Assembly (NCBI GenBank): GCA_011109175.1
Contig: RDEW01000038.1
Location: 185,183-249,182, forward strand
DNA from: Dicyema japonicum
Taxonomy: Eukaryota > Animalia > Dicyemida
Length of the DNA: 64,000 nt
Reading direction: 5' to 3'
Position 1 is the stretch's first letter; each line of letters starts with the position of its first letter. Position numbers and translations under genes: made by a program. The notes beneath the pieces were generated by a model. That model did not search any database, was not told the DNA's origin, and worked only from the letters and a program-made list of their open reading frames with translations. Positions 38,271-52,699 of the stretch are shown here, one piece after another.

Positions 38271-39002
38271 TAACCTGAGTGAGGTGGAAGCGGATGGGAT
38301 CCAAGTCAACGACTTTTCTTCTAAGAAGAAAAAGGTTTAGAAGCGAGTAGTAGTTTTGACTTAATTGTGCTTCTCGTAAAAATAAAACTCGTTTTTTAAT
38401 GAGTATAATCGCATTATATAATTGCTTATGCATCGATTTAATCTTTAAACTATCATTTACCTCTATTTTATGAAAAAATCGACCTCTTTTAACTTGGGAG
38501 CCTGAACTCGTGGTTTCTGACTTCGATTTGATCTTCATTTTAGTATTAATTTAAGAAACCTCGCTTGCAATCCTAAGAGGGAATAGCCACGCAGTCAGGA
38601 CGGTTTTATATGACATTCCGATTAATTGTTTCTCAATAAATAAATTAAAATTTAAGAAATTAAAACATATTAGCGTGGTCTTCAAATCGTTTTTGATATA
38701 AAATCATTTATACTTTATTTGACTTTTATATATAATAAAATTTCCTTATACTTAAAATCGGTCGGACACACAACTGTTAGGATTAGTATCTACAACGGAT
38801 CAGAATTAGCCAACTTACTACTTAGTAGAAGGTTTTTAAACGTGAGATCACATGATTTGCATTTCCCAAAAGGCCCTTAATACCATGTCGGTGTCACTCT
38901 TCTCACCCCATGGAATCATTTCTCTGAGGAGTTTTAAAAACTATATCTATGGACTATTATAAGAGAAAATTGAATAATAATTAAGCTAGTAAATCCCACT
39001 TA

Positions 39003-40540
39003 TTAACTAGAAGAATAACCGTGAGGATATGTAGGACGAACTTGCTGCGAAGACTGGGAATATGGATGTAGAGGCATTCTGAGAGGTAGTTGCATTCCTG
39101 ATCCCATAGGAGGTACATTATCGCTAGTACGATTCACATCTGGAATAAATGGAGGCACATTGGATCTATTTTCCGAATTAAGGGATTGTTGGCTTGCATA
39201 TTGTTGGGGTATATAACGCCGAGGCATGTCAGACACTGGATTCATAGGCATAAAATTCGTATTGCGTGGTGACATATTTGAATACGGTATATCAGACCTG
39301 AATTGAGGTTGAGGAAGAAATTCACCATATTTGGATGTTGGGAAAAAAGGAGGCATCTGTGGGAATCTATTTGTAAATTCAGAAGATGTAATTGAGGGGT
39401 TATATTCAGTTCTTTCATCTCTCTTCATTTGGTTCGTTACGTCATAACTACTTGGTGGAGGAAATCTCTGAGGCTCTTGAAATGAGCTTGGTAATCGAGA
39501 AACACCAGGTTGTGGTAGTAAATTTCCAACGGAATGGTAGGTTGGCTGAGGAGGAAGTGTTCTTTCCATTTGTGGGAACGAAGGCTGAACAAATGTACGG
39601 TCAACAGGAGGAAGAGGTTGAGGAGAAAATTGTCTTTCTGTCTGAAAATTGAGGTTAAAAGAGCAAACCATTGAAGGAAGTGGAGGACGATATGATTTGT
39701 CGATTTGAGGAAACGGAGGTTGGACAAATGAACCATCCGCTGAGGAATGAGAAGGCTGAGGAACAAATGATTTATCCATATAGGGAACAGGGTGATAGTC
39801 TGAAGAAGATCGAAAAGTCGCAGCTTCGAGCACATTAACTTGAGGTTTAGAATAATCCATTGAAGGGTTAGGCAAATTGAGTGGAACCGGCTGCTGAGTA
39901 TGAAAATTTGAATCTTTGGGAGATGGCAGAGGATCAGAGGGTGGTATAAAACGGCTGCCATACTCTTCAGGCATTTTAGGGACCTCAGAATACTAGGATA
40001 TTTAGAAAACTACATTATCGTCAATTAACGGAAGTTTCGTGGACTCTTTCGCCACCCTCACAGGATTGACACGACCAGCGAAAGAATCAGCATCGGGAAG
40101 GTTATCTATGCCTGTATTAATTTACTTAAATACTGAAATGTGATATGCAAAGTGTTGTCAACTCGTTAACTTTTTTTACCAGCGATCTCAAAAGTTCGGT
40201 AATATCAGAAATGTCAGGTTCTTGAATCTCAGGAATTACCGCTTCCTCATTCACTAAGGATTATACTACATTCATATACCAATTAGGCTGTTATAATTTT
40301 CAGAAAAGGTCTCTAGGAATAACTCTAGGTCGAAGTCGTCTTCAATTGTGATTTTAGACCCTTCTAATAACTTTATCGTATACCATGAAAGTGATAGAAA
40401 TGCAAAGTCTTAATTTCCTCGTTCTCATCCTGACCAAATTTCTTAATTATTGCCATCTTCACATCGTTCAAAGTTAAGGGAACATCGTAAAGTGGAACAA
40501 ATTTGCTCTTATCATTCCAAGTAACTATTATATACTTCAT
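39003..40540 (-). CDS. TFG: TFG-like protein (PB1, coiled coil, Pro/Gln-rich tail)
   Basis: FVPLYDVPLTLNDV..KITIEDDFDLE (PB1 acidic motif), LVKKVNEL (cf. LRNKVNRL), long P/Q/S-rich exon; micro-introns. Confidence 0.7.
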
Positions 40541-42269
40541 AGTCAATCTATTCAATGGTAACAATTAGGACAAAAAATACACAAAACAATATACGTGGCT
40601 ATTTCAAATATTATTATTTATTTAAAAATTATAAATAAAAATATAACTGATTGATTTTGAATATATCATTATTTAAAAAAATATTTTCTTAAATAAATTT
40701 TGTTTTATCATTGGATCTTTCTTCTCGACGCAGAGTTCCTTATATTTTCAGTACATTGAGTCAACTGTCAGTCACGGTCGCGCTTCATGGGGTCGAAAAT
40801 AAAGGACTCAAAGGAAATCAAATCTTTCCAGTCTTTAGTAGTTGGATTTCTTAATAAATTTTAGTCCTCTTTGGTTGACCACACCCTCTCAAGACTGCAG
40901 TGAGCAGAACGGGCGTGCGATTCTACTTTCTTGAACTTTTTCAGTATCGGCGGTCCAAGGCAGTAGCTGGAATCCCATAAGGAACACCTAGCGAAAATGA
41001 GGTGGTTGCTGAGAGTATCCAGGACCACCAAAGGACTGCGTTATTTCTTCCTTAATTTAATTGTGATTTTTGGTTCTTAAATAAATAAATCATCAGAATT
41101 TTTCTTAAGTCCATGTACAGTACATCTCGATGTTCGCTGATTATGTGTGACCCGTAAAGAGAACACAAGGAGACGGCGAAGTTGGAATGATTAAAACAAA
41201 GAGGAACCTATTTCACTCACTTGGGTGACAAAATGTGACAATAATCACGGCAAGGAGCAGGTAGAGATGTTTAGTGTGAGGTCTCATATGCCCAGATACC
41301 TTCTCATGTTCATATATTAGTACGGCTTAATATGTGCATGATGCACTGTCGAGGATCTTGAAAATATTTATCTTAGGTGAACAATTTTTTCTCCAACTGA
41401 TCACAGTTAAGATTTCTAAAGTTCATTGAATTTTGAAAAAATTCGGCACATAGAAGGAACCCTGAAAAGATAACTTTAATAAAACTTGGCTTTATTAGAA
41501 TAGTGGTCTCGAGTTATATAGAAGTAATCCTCAGTCTACTTTCACAGCCATTCTTATCTAAAAACAATTTTCTGTATTTTTTTACAAATTATTGAAAATG
41601 TAAAGATTTTTAGTCAAAAATTATAACCGTCGAATTTCTCTCAAAAGAAAAGATTTTTGAGTACACGAAAAAGATCTTAATGTGTTCCTTTTTTGAGCTT
41701 ATTTCTTGGATAAAATATATTAATTAGTGAAGTAAATGAACAGAAACATTTTCAAATAATCACTTATTAAAGATCTTTTCTGGTTGAGGTGGTGACGTGC
41801 TTCTCTTGTTCTTTTTTTAGCTTATTTCTTGGATAAAATATATTAATTAGTGAAGTAAATGAACAGAAACATTTTCAAATAATCACTTATTAAAGATCTT
41901 TTCTGGTTGAGGTGGTGACGTGCTTCTCTTGCACAATGTCTTCTTCATGCACTCAATCTTCTCTATTTTGCGAGAAACAGGGGAGGATGGAAACGGCTCA
42001 CAGCGCGTATCCAGAGATATTCGGTTTTTTGTCAATGACAGGTTTTCATTCATCATGAAGTTAGGTAAGTTAGGTAAACATCATGTGAAATAAAGATACG
42101 CCAGCACCCCAACCTTCCGACCAATTAACCACTTTGCTAACTTTCTTCAAAATGTTTGATTAAATATTACTTTTAGTTGATTTATCTTGAATAATTTATC
42201 CAAATAATTTTTGAAGCATTTAGAGAATTTGGTCACAGATTGGTAATTATTATTCTTGACAATTTTTTG

Positions 42270-45240
42270 GTTGAGCTGGTGACGTGGCTCTTGAACTCAA
42301 TGTCTGGAAAACACAGTATCAAGCCATTGGACTTCTCCCTTCTCACGTTTAACGTCAGGGGACTCTCTAGCGTTTGGAAACGGAAGGAACTGGTCGAGGA
42401 TCTTTCAAAATACAAGATTTCAATCGCCTGCCTTCAGGAGACCAAACTAATCAACGGGATCGAAGAACAACATGGGAACTTTCGACTAATCTTCCTTCCA
42501 GGTGGAAACAAGCACTATGGGCTAGGATTTGCCGTCAGGAATGATCTATCCAAGAGAGTCTGCCAATATTACAGTGTGAATGATAGAATCGGGGTGTTGC
42601 AATTGAAACTGGATGACCTCAACCCGTCGAAGAAATATCTAACTATAATAAACGTTTACGCCCCTCACAATGAATGGCTTAATAAAAACCCTGAGAAGAT
42701 TGATGACTTTTACACCAGTCTTTCTGCCGTCTTCTCCAAGTATGCTCTCGCAACATTAGTAATGATCGCAGGAGACCTAAATTCGAAAGCTGGCACCCAG
42801 GTTACGACCGATGAGACATTCATGGGAAGGCATGGTAGAGGGAAAAGAAATCTCCCGGGAACTCTACTAGCATACTTGTGTCAAACGAACAACCTATTTT
42901 TTATGCAATACAGCCTTCATGTATCCAGCCAGACATCTATGTGGTCGGGATATAAAACAAATCCCGAAGGGCGAGTGATAAATGTATACAACCAGATCGA
43001 CTATATCATATGCAAGCAAAAAGATCGAGGGATTATACTTGATGACGAGTTTATGGTGGATCGATTATCGACAGCGACCACAAAATGGTTATTGCTAGAC
43101 TTTCTCTAAAGAGATTTATGGTACTACAAAGAACGAAATAGAAGCATATTGAAACCACAGAACCCAACTATAGACGTTATAATTTAAATCCTTAATCAGT
43201 CAATCAGAAGGGACCCTAGCATTCAAAGAATATCTGGATGCAGAACTAGAAAACATGCCTACAGATTTGCCGCCCGGAAAATCCTGGGATTTTGTAAAGC
43301 AGTCAATACATAAAGAAGCCAATCTGCATCTATTGAAAGAAAATGAGAAAATCCCATCGCACAATGAAATTTACACGGTGAAGGACCTTGCCAATAAACA
43401 GAAGACCACATGGATGCTATATCAAAATACTGACGATTCGAACGTAAAATCAAAATTGCGGCTAGAGTGAAAGACTATCAAAGCAAAAATAAAAAAAACT
43501 ATACGCCAGCATAACAGAAATAGAACACTGGACCAGATTAAGAAGATAGAATCTCTCAAGGACAACGCTAGATTCTACGAGGCTGTGAAACAGATGAAAG
43601 GAAAAAGACCCCATCAACCGATAATGATAAAAGATGACAAAGGAACGCAGATTGTGGATCAAAGGGAAGTGGCGGAAATTATCGCTTCCCACTTTGGAAT
43701 ACTTTTCAATCCAAGGAACGACACTATCATCCTAGAACGAAGGAAATTGGACGAGGAAATCACTCCATATGAAGTTGAACTTGCGAGTTCCAAGTTGAAA
43801 AACAACAGGACTCCTGGCCCCGACGGATTCGGTGGTGAATTCTTCAAATATGGAACCCAAAAGATGTATGAATGCATTGCTAGGATCCTGAATGAATTGT
43901 ACTATTATGGTCACACGCTGACCCTGGGAGAGGGTATCTTGATACCTGTACAGAAGGCGAATAAACCAAGATCTAAGGTGGAGAACCTCCGTCCAGTCAT
44001 ATTAATGAATTCACTTTGGAAAATTCTGGCGAACATAACATTACAAAAGATGGAAGGACGCCTAGATACTTTTCTGTCGCTATACCACAGCGGATTCCGA
44101 AAAGGAAGATCTACTTCCGATGTTTTGTGGTCCCACAAGTGGAGATCTGCGGCCGTTCAAAAGTTCAAAATGTCTACAACCATCTTCGGAATCGACATTT
44201 CGAGGGCCTTCGACTCTGTCGACAAACAGAGGCTAATACTGGTTCTGGGGAGTTTCCTGAACGCTTCAACTGTCAGAATGGCCACCACCCTCCTAGCTGA
44301 TACTTGGCTTACTGTTAGAGTCGGAGGAGCCTTGTCTCACCGATTTGAGACGACTGTTGGAACTCTACAAGGAGACCCATTATCACCTATTCTTTTTGTC
44401 ATATACCTTGAAGCTGCTCTACGAGAATCGAAACCGATACTGGGTGAAAAGACAAACACGACGTAGACTTATTTCAAATGACAAAATATCGCTCACTCGC
44501 TTGCTGAAAGAAGTGCCTGGAAGACTAGCCGAATAGTTCCTAACAGTAAACCCGGACAAGACTGATATAACTGAACTCAAGAAGGAAGAAACAAGGACGG
44601 AGGAGCACTGGCGCAAGTGCAAAAAGCTTGGCTCCCTCCTAGGAGACCGTGAAGACATTGCAAGAAGGAAAACCTTAGCACAAACTGCCCTCTCCAGACT
44701 GAAGAACACATGGCTCCATTAAAAAGGCCTTGACATTCTAACAAACACTCGATTATACAACTCGCTAGTGAAACCCATACTACTGTATAACGCTGGTACC
44801 TGGGCCTGCTCAAGAAATAAACTGAAGAGACTTAATGCGTTTCATAGAGACCAACTACGGCATATGATTTTCGAAAGAAGTAATACGAGGATGTCATCTA
44901 ATCTTCTCTATAAAAGGACGAAGATCTCAGAAATTTCTAATGAGATTCTGGATACACAATGGAGGCTTTTCGGCCATATTCTGTGACTGGACCTAGATGC
45001 CCCCGCGAACGTAGCCATGGAGGATTACTTCATGTTGGAGGCCCCCCCCTTTTCGACACTGGCAGTCGTTCTCGACGAGGACCTCAGAAAAATGGGACGG
45101 CATCTTGAAGTGGAGAGGATCTTGACTGGTTGCGCACTGCGGCTTTGAATAGGAGGAAGTGGATGAAACTAACCAGTGATTTGCTAACTCGTGTTGCACA
45201 TGCTTTGTCAAGTCCTATGACATAGCGATAAGTGCTAATA
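42270..45240 (+). mobile_element. Near full-length RTE-clade LINE (APE-RT), inactivated
   Basis: TFNVRGL, CLQET, NVYAP, GDLNS, NQIDY, TPGPDG, GFRKGRST, DISRAFD, WRLFGHIL; 3' hairpin. Confidence 0.92.
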
Positions 45241-47096
45241 CAGTATGACCTCTATTTGGGGCACCTATTTAAACAAAATGCCCCAAAAACAGAGGTTTCC
45301 CCAAAAATAGAGGTTCGGCATTTTCTTTAGATTTATCCACAGTTTAACAATTTAAATTTGCTTTTTATAAATTTATAGATAAATAATGTTTTTTAAATAG
45401 ATTTTTCAGAATTATATTAAAAACAAATTTATTTAACGATAGGAAAATAGTCTGTTAATTTCCCTCCGGTTGCGGATTTTTTTCATTTGCATTCCTAATA
45501 TTTTTCTGAAATTATAATAATCTTTCAAAGCTTCAGGAAACAAATTGAAAATGTTCTCTTCAAGTGTATTCATCGCTGTTATTGTTTCCAAATGAGAATA
45601 GGTACATTTTACTCCGTCGTATATATTCTCGTCATCATTTTCTACTTCATTTTCAGTAATTATATCTTTAATTATGTTATCTAAACTCTCCAATTCATTA
45701 TTCACCAATGAGAGAGTTTGAAAACGACATTCATCAATTTTCTTCCAACAATTAGTAATTGATTCAGAGTGTATTTGTTGCCATGTCTTCCCAACAATAA
45801 TGATTATTTGTCTGAGATTTACTTGCTTTAAATTCAACATTGTAAACTTATCATCCTCAAAAGATAGGGTAAAATCCATCAAATTATTTAAATAATTGAA
45901 TTTGAACGATTTAATAACTCCCGTATCTAAAGGTTGAATTAATGATGTTGCATTTTTTGGCAGAAAAAATAGCTCAATGTTAGAAAAATGATTATTCTTG
46001 TGACAACTTGCATTGTCAAGCAAAAGGACAATTTTTCGGTTGTGTTGAATCATTTCTTCGTTGACAATGTTCAACCAAGTAATAAATAAATCAGATGTCA
46101 TCCAACAATTTTTAGAAAACGAATATAAAACTCCGTATTTTCAGGGTTAAAATTTTTCATACAACGTAGGGATTTATATTTTCCTATTAATAATGGCTTC
46201 AAATTTTCGCCACAAGCACTGACCGACAAAAGCATAGTGACTTTTTCTTTACTCCTTTTAATTCCAAAGCAATCTTCATCTGAAGTTACAAATGATTTTG
46301 ATGTTATTCTTTTAATGTACAATCCCGTTTCATCGCAGTTGAAAATATTTTCAATGCCATAGTTATTAACATAGTCATCGTACTTATCAAAAAATTCCAA
46401 GGCAAGAAGTATCACACGAATTTTTTTCATCACTTATTGTCTTAAATGACAAATTGTGTCTTTTCTTAAATTTTTCAAGCCAACCATTCGAACCTCTGAA
46501 TGAGGTATAGTTCAAATTCCTAGCTACTTTTATAGCAATGTTTTTAAGAATAGGTCCTGAAACGGGGATAAATTCTTCCCTTGCTTTAAAAAAGCATTCA
46601 TAAACAATTTTATCGAATTTCTGTGACAGACTGTTTCTTCTCTGTGAAATTTGAGTAAGACAATTTGATTGCACGGACCCATTATTTATAAAGTTCATAT
46701 AATTTTGTTTAATTCTAGATACTGCTCCTAAACAATAGAATTATCAGATAACCTTTACTAATTTTATACTTTTTGACAATATCTCGTTCGCTCATGAAAC
46801 AATTTTCGTTGATTTCTTTGGCAATTTTAACTCCAGAGTAAGCTTCCTCCCCATGACAACAAAAACGCAAATCTAGCACGCGAAGTTTAAGAAAATTTTA
46901 TATAATTAAATTTAATATTAATTGCAAGACTTTATATAAATTAAAAAAAATTAAGTGCCCCACTAAGAGGTAATTTCCAAATTTGGAAATTACTGTATAA
47001 AAATGATCTAGTTTTCAAACTGCCCCAAAACCTGGGGGTTCCCTAAAAATAGATGTGCCCCAATGAGGAGGTCCGCCCCAAATGGAGGTTGCACTG
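45241..47096 (-). mobile_element. Complete Tigger/pogo transposon with frameshifted DD29D transposase
   Basis: TIRs CAGTATGACCTCTATTTGGGGC and CAGTGCAACCTCCATTTGGGGC, with TA on both sides; CENP-B HTH (SNGWLEKFKKRH), NCDETG, LLDNASCH, QPLD. Confidence 0.95.
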
Positions 47097-47769
47097 TAAT
47101 ATTTTTGACAATCGTAAGAGTAAGACTTCTCGAGGAAAAAAGTAACATTTCGACGGTTTTCTTTTTAAAACTGTTAAGTGCAATGAGCAACTATCTAGAA
47201 ATGAAATGAAAAATTCCAAATACCACGGTAACACCAAATTATCTACTCACGTGATCCTGACATGCTTCGACTGAGAATTCAACTTGGCACGATGTTCCTC
47301 CCTCGATTTATATAAAAAAAGTATTGATTAATGGAATAATCTTAAAGGATTTTACACTTGATAGAGTCTAACACTTGATAGAGTCATTTCAGCCATAGTT
47401 AAAGTAGTCCAGTTGAACATAAACTGGCTTTCCAAAAATATGTTGATTTAGGTAACTTCATGGACAATTATTTTGGAGATGGCCTTTATTAAAGAAACTA
47501 AGCTTTGGAGATGGCCTTTATACAAGACTCCTCCCTTCAAGAACAAATCGTAGTTCCCACTCCTTTTTGTACCCACGACGCTTCTCTCTCAGTAGAATTT
47601 GAAGAGAGTTTATAGTGTCGTAGTTTGAGACAGAGATACCATAAGCCCAGGAAGAATCATTGAAAAATAAAAGGGAATGGGTGGCTGTCAGGAGATCCCG
47701 GCCTCCTTCATCCTTTCTCGGTGTTCCTCCCCAGAACCGACGCACTTCCTGCATGAATAAGATATTTTT

Positions 47770-49860
47770 CGGACTTTTGGAGATTTCAATCGGACTCTCG
47801 TTTTCCTTACAAGTTCCTCGAACAGAGTTGGCATGAGTGGCAAGGAGAACCTTTGTAGGGTCCTCGTGACTGTTTCTTGCGAGATTGATTTTATTTAGGT
47901 TCTTGTAGGATATGTTTGTGCTCCATGCCGCACAGCAGTAGCTAATTGTCGATTAACGTCGTATGTGATCTCCAGTATTTTGATAAAGTTCGTGGAGGTG
48001 ATTGACATTCCATTAAGGGTAAAACAGGTGTCGAGTTTGTCAGTCTTCTTTTGAAGTAAAAATCATTGTGCTAGACTTTTTATGACTTGTGTAATAGGTT
48101 CTTCGTAAGCCAACAGCTCAGGTTGTCCAGTAAATCATGTAAGCGGGTACCCGATGTGTGAACACACTGATCTCTTGTTTCCAAGATTATGTCGTTAACA
48201 TAAGCGAGGACCAGAGTGTCGTTGTTGCTATTGGAAGGCATATCGCTCATAGAGAAGNGTATGTGATCCCCAGTATTTTGATAAAGTCCGTGGAGGTGAT
48301 TGACATTCCATTAAGGGTAAAACAGGTGTCGAGTTTGTCAGTCTTCTTTTGAAGTAAAAATCATTGTGCTAGACTTTTTATGACTTGTGTAATAGGTTCT
48401 TCGTAAGCCAACAGCTCAGGTTGTCCAATAAATCATGTAAGCGGGTACCCGATGTGTGAACACACTGATCTCTTGTTTCCAAGATTATGTCGTTAACATA
48501 AGCGAGGACCAGAGTGTCGTTGTTGCTATTGGAAGGTATATCGCTCATAGAGAAGTTGAAGAGATTGGGTGATAGTGGGGATCCCTTTGGGACCCTATTT
48601 TGTAAAAATTTAGTGACAGGAAATGTGGAATGTAAAACTACTCTTCCGCTTTGACCGTAGAGGAAGTTTGAAAGCCAAGTTTTCAAATTGTTTAGAATGT
48701 TGAAGTCAAAAATATTCCTAGTGAGTAATTTCCTCGAAATAGAATCAAAAGCCTTATGTATTACTTAGAAAGAAGTTTTTGATCTTTTTTCTTCGCATGG
48801 ATTGCGAGGAATCGGCATGGGCGTGCAAGATTTCTGGAGAGACCTGAATTAGCGGCTTGTATAATAATGGTCGACAGTTTCTTAAGTTTTTTTTAACTAC
48901 AAGACCACCAAGAAAGATACGTTAAAACTAACTAATTAAGTGATTCCAGTCTCCAACAACATCCGAACTCTCTTCATCTGGCCTTCTGATTACCCAGCCG
49001 CTTTCCGGAAGCGCCTTTTCTTCCTTCTGCAAAGGAATTCAATCGGTGTGCACTTTTTTTATAACCGACCGAAATTCCTTTGCATGGGCCAACTTTTCCT
49101 TGAATGGGTTTCCTAGTTCCTCGCAGAAACGTAGGAAACCCTGGCCATTTTCAACGTCACCTCATCATAAACGAAACCGCCAATGGGGATATCCGTGTGG
49201 TGCATAATTTTCCGCCTGAGGGAGTTCAAATAATCCACTCTCAAAAAAGGGATCGCAAATGTCCAGGCGGAGTAGGCATATTCAATGGTAGGGACGATGA
49301 CTTATTGATAGACCTTGTTGACGCAAGCAGCAGGGGGGAGGGCTCTTCTTTATATCGCTTTTAAAATGTTCCATTTCCGAAGACCCTTGGCAAGCACCTC
49401 CTCCACGTGAATTAATAACGTCATCAGAGAGTCGAAACTACCCCAATGATCTTCTGGGTCCGCGTAGAAGAAATAAAAGCATCTCCAAAAAACAGTTCGA
49501 GTCCATCATTAAATCTTCTATCAGTAGCGATATTGGTGAACTGTGATTTAGATGTTGACACACATAACATATTTGAAGATAGCCAGTCACATATTCGTTT
49601 TAGGTGTGATTGAACAGTCGCTACAGCCACTGAAGGAGATTTATCTCTTGCAGCGATAATTAGGTCGTCCGCATAGGATAAAAACATAGTGACCCGGTCA
49701 TTGCTAGTTGATAGGTCATGTAGAAATAGGTTGAAAAGAAGAGGAGCCTTGTGGGACCTCATTGAGAAGTAATCTCGATTTTGAAGTGGTTTTGTCAATC
49801 CGGACCCTTTCGCGTTGTCTAGTTAAGATATTTTCCAGTCATAGCTTGATGTTCGGATTT
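47770..49860 (-). mobile_element. Two successive Ingi/Vingi-like LINE RT-3' fragments
   Basis: VPKGSPLSPNLFN, LAYVND; APLLFNLFLHD, SYADD; terminus near 48890-48950. Confidence 0.75.
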
Positions 49861-51044
49861 AAGTTCGAATTAAAAATCTTATGCGAATTAAAAATCTTAA
49901 GTTTTGGCGAAGTTGGGATTAATAACTTAATCTCCTTATATTGGTAACCATAGAAATACTCAATTTTGAAGAATAAATTTAAATGTCACCACAACAAAAA
50001 TGTTTTCCAGTCATTATAAATTTTCATACAAAACATAATGTAATTTCATCATTTTTAACCACATACGTTTGGATATGTCATACATTCATTAAAACATTAA
50101 TCGTAAAATGAAGAAATTTAATATCTCCTAGTTTGTAGTACATTGAGCCGTGAATTTCCTATGCATGTGTTTCACGGGGACCTTATATCTCTTGGGCTAA
50201 TGCATAGAAAATCGAGGCTACATAAAAAAGGACTTTTGTAGTGACAGATAAGTGGTCTACGAACGAAAAAAACATGATTCCAAAACCTTGGAAATCCTGA
50301 TCTGAAGGAGCAAGGAGGAGACCTGAGCAAACGTGATCAGGAGAAAACCCTACCTCTACAAGCTTGTATAGGAAGGAGCATCGAGCCAAGCTGAGAGCCT
50401 GGATTAAATTTGTAATGATCACAGTTTTTTTCGTTTTAACGGTGATCTTGGAATAAAGATTTGATTTATAACAGCTCAAAATTCACTGAAATTTACTAAA
50501 TCATATTTCAAAGACATATACAGCCGTCAAAATACTTCATGATCCTGTTCTACCCTCCAAAGATGAGACAGTAACTTTCTTGCCCTCTAACTTTTCCAAC
50601 TATGTGATTATTTTTCTTAATAAGGTTCTCTAATTCTGGCACGTGGCATAAGCTGATATTCGTTAGATATCATCAGGTTTTCACGAAACTGATTGGAATT
50701 GATATCACACTTATTTAAGGGGGATAAAATTTTTAGTTTTATTCAATCTACCATAAAGGTTACGGATTAATTTATGGATTTCTTATGGTTGATTTGACAA
50801 TCATGAATGTAAAAAATTCATCGAAAGGAACAGTGCATTGAATACCCCCTTCCCTTTTCCTGATCTACCTTAGAGTCCTGCGCCACACCAGTTAGACCTG
50901 ACTGATCTCTACAAGTTCCACTTTTGGTAGTTACTTTCCTGTCAACCACTGATTCCCTCACTTGAAGGGACCACTAATTATGAGAATCAATCATTTATTT
51001 TAAATTTAACTAAGATGTTAATAAATTAAGCAGTGGTTATTATT

Positions 51045-51636
51045 TTAGTCGTTTTCGACAGATACAAGAGTCCCTGAACGACTGTGCCATAGATTGATGT
51101 ATTTTGAGGTTGGTCTCTCATGTATTTCTGTTTTCCGTGATTTTAAATCGGCAAAAGGGTTGTCCACAAAATTCAGTAAGTTATTTGGGTAAAATGTCCC
51201 CGATCTATTCACGTAAACCATATCTTCACGAGTCCAATTCGGATCAGAATTTTGTTTTATCACACGTTTATTAACAATATAATTTGATAACTACTATAAA
51301 TAAATCAGCATGTTTTACATTTTTTTGTTGGTATGGATTTTTGCCATATTTTACTTTGTGTGTTTGCTTCCTTTGACCATTTGGACGACCTTTATCATAA
51401 AAGTATCCATAAGTCATGTTGGAAGTTACAGGATTACAATTAAACCAATAGTAAGGCAACTCAAATGGCATCTACAATTAATTAGAATATAAGCTTTTAT
51501 ACGATTATTAATTGAGTTTTGAACTATAAATTGACGTAAATGAATATTAAAGAGTAACCAAGGCAATTAGTTCTTTATTAATAGTATTGCGGTCAATTTC
51601 AACATAGAGGAATTCTATGACGCACGCAATTTTCAA
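51045..51636 (-). pseudogene. Micro-intron gene of unknown function, apparently disrupted by a LINE at its 5' side
   Basis: Open spliced frame LKIACVIEFLYVEID..|FKTQLII|MPFELPYYW..|LSNYIVNKRVIKQ..END* using short GT-AG introns. Confidence 0.5.
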
Positions 51637-52547
51637 TTATTTTAGATTTTTATTTTTACGTTCATTATTTCTCAGCGGGAAATTAAAAAAGACTTAAATT
51701 ATAAGTTAAGGTCATATTTACTACCAAACTGAGTGCCCCAGGGCTCCCCACTATTTTCAGCTCTATTTAACCTGTTTCTACATGACATGCCAACATATGA
51801 CGACAAAGACTCTCTGCTATTAGAATATCCAGATGATTTTATCTTCACAGCTCGAAACCTTCCGCGTCCACCGTAACTTTAAGGCTCAGCTGATGCTGGA
51901 CAGTGGTACGACTGATTTACAGTCAACTGTGTCTCAGTATCGGCAACAAAATCAACACGCAAACTATTCACTTCGGACTGGAGATGTAAAAGCCCTAGAA
52001 TTTTCATTGGGTCTGTGGAGGTACCTGCAACGACTCTTACAATTTTCGAAGTAACATAAGACATGCTTATAAAGTTCACGACCCATTCTAAGAATATCCA
52101 CAAAAGGACTACAGAAACTAAACATTTTACATTAAGTTGTCAAAATAACTAATTTTAATCTGGAAGAATATATCTCAAGGTTATCGTGTCGGAAGTGGAG
52201 TATGCTTCTGTCTCACAGAGATTTGGGCAGTCAAAATCAACCCTCACCGAATCAACTGGTCACCTCTTTATAGCAAATACAAATTTATGAATCGAATCTC
52301 TACTTATGGAAGCTACTGTCTTAGGTGCGAAGCTGGATTTTTCTTTTTTTATGAAGATAGAAACCTGCTTCGCCTATCTCTGTCCCGTATAAAGGTAAGT
52401 CGATCAACCAATTCGATTTCCTATGTAAGCACGAGGAAAGACGCTTCCGGGCAGCGATGAGCACGATTAAGGACTACAGCTCTGATAATTGTAGGAATTG
52501 TAGGAACTGTGATCACCTTTTTCTTTCTTTCTCATTCATCATGAGGT
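51637..52547 (+). mobile_element. 5'-truncated LINE bounded by a 19-bp target-site duplication
   Basis: VPQGSPLFSALFNLFLHD, EYPDD; TGACGCACGCAATTTTCAA at 51618-51636 and 52548-52566. Confidence 0.8.
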
Positions 52548-52699
52548 TGACGCACGCAATTTTCAACTAGATTAAGGTTCTTGACTCGATATCAAAAGAA
52601 ATTGGGAACATCGTGAAATGGCCCTTAATTGGGAAAATTTTTGATTCCCAGTGTAGATGCTCAGTTGGTGTGTGGGCTTTAAACATTCGGTAATTATTC

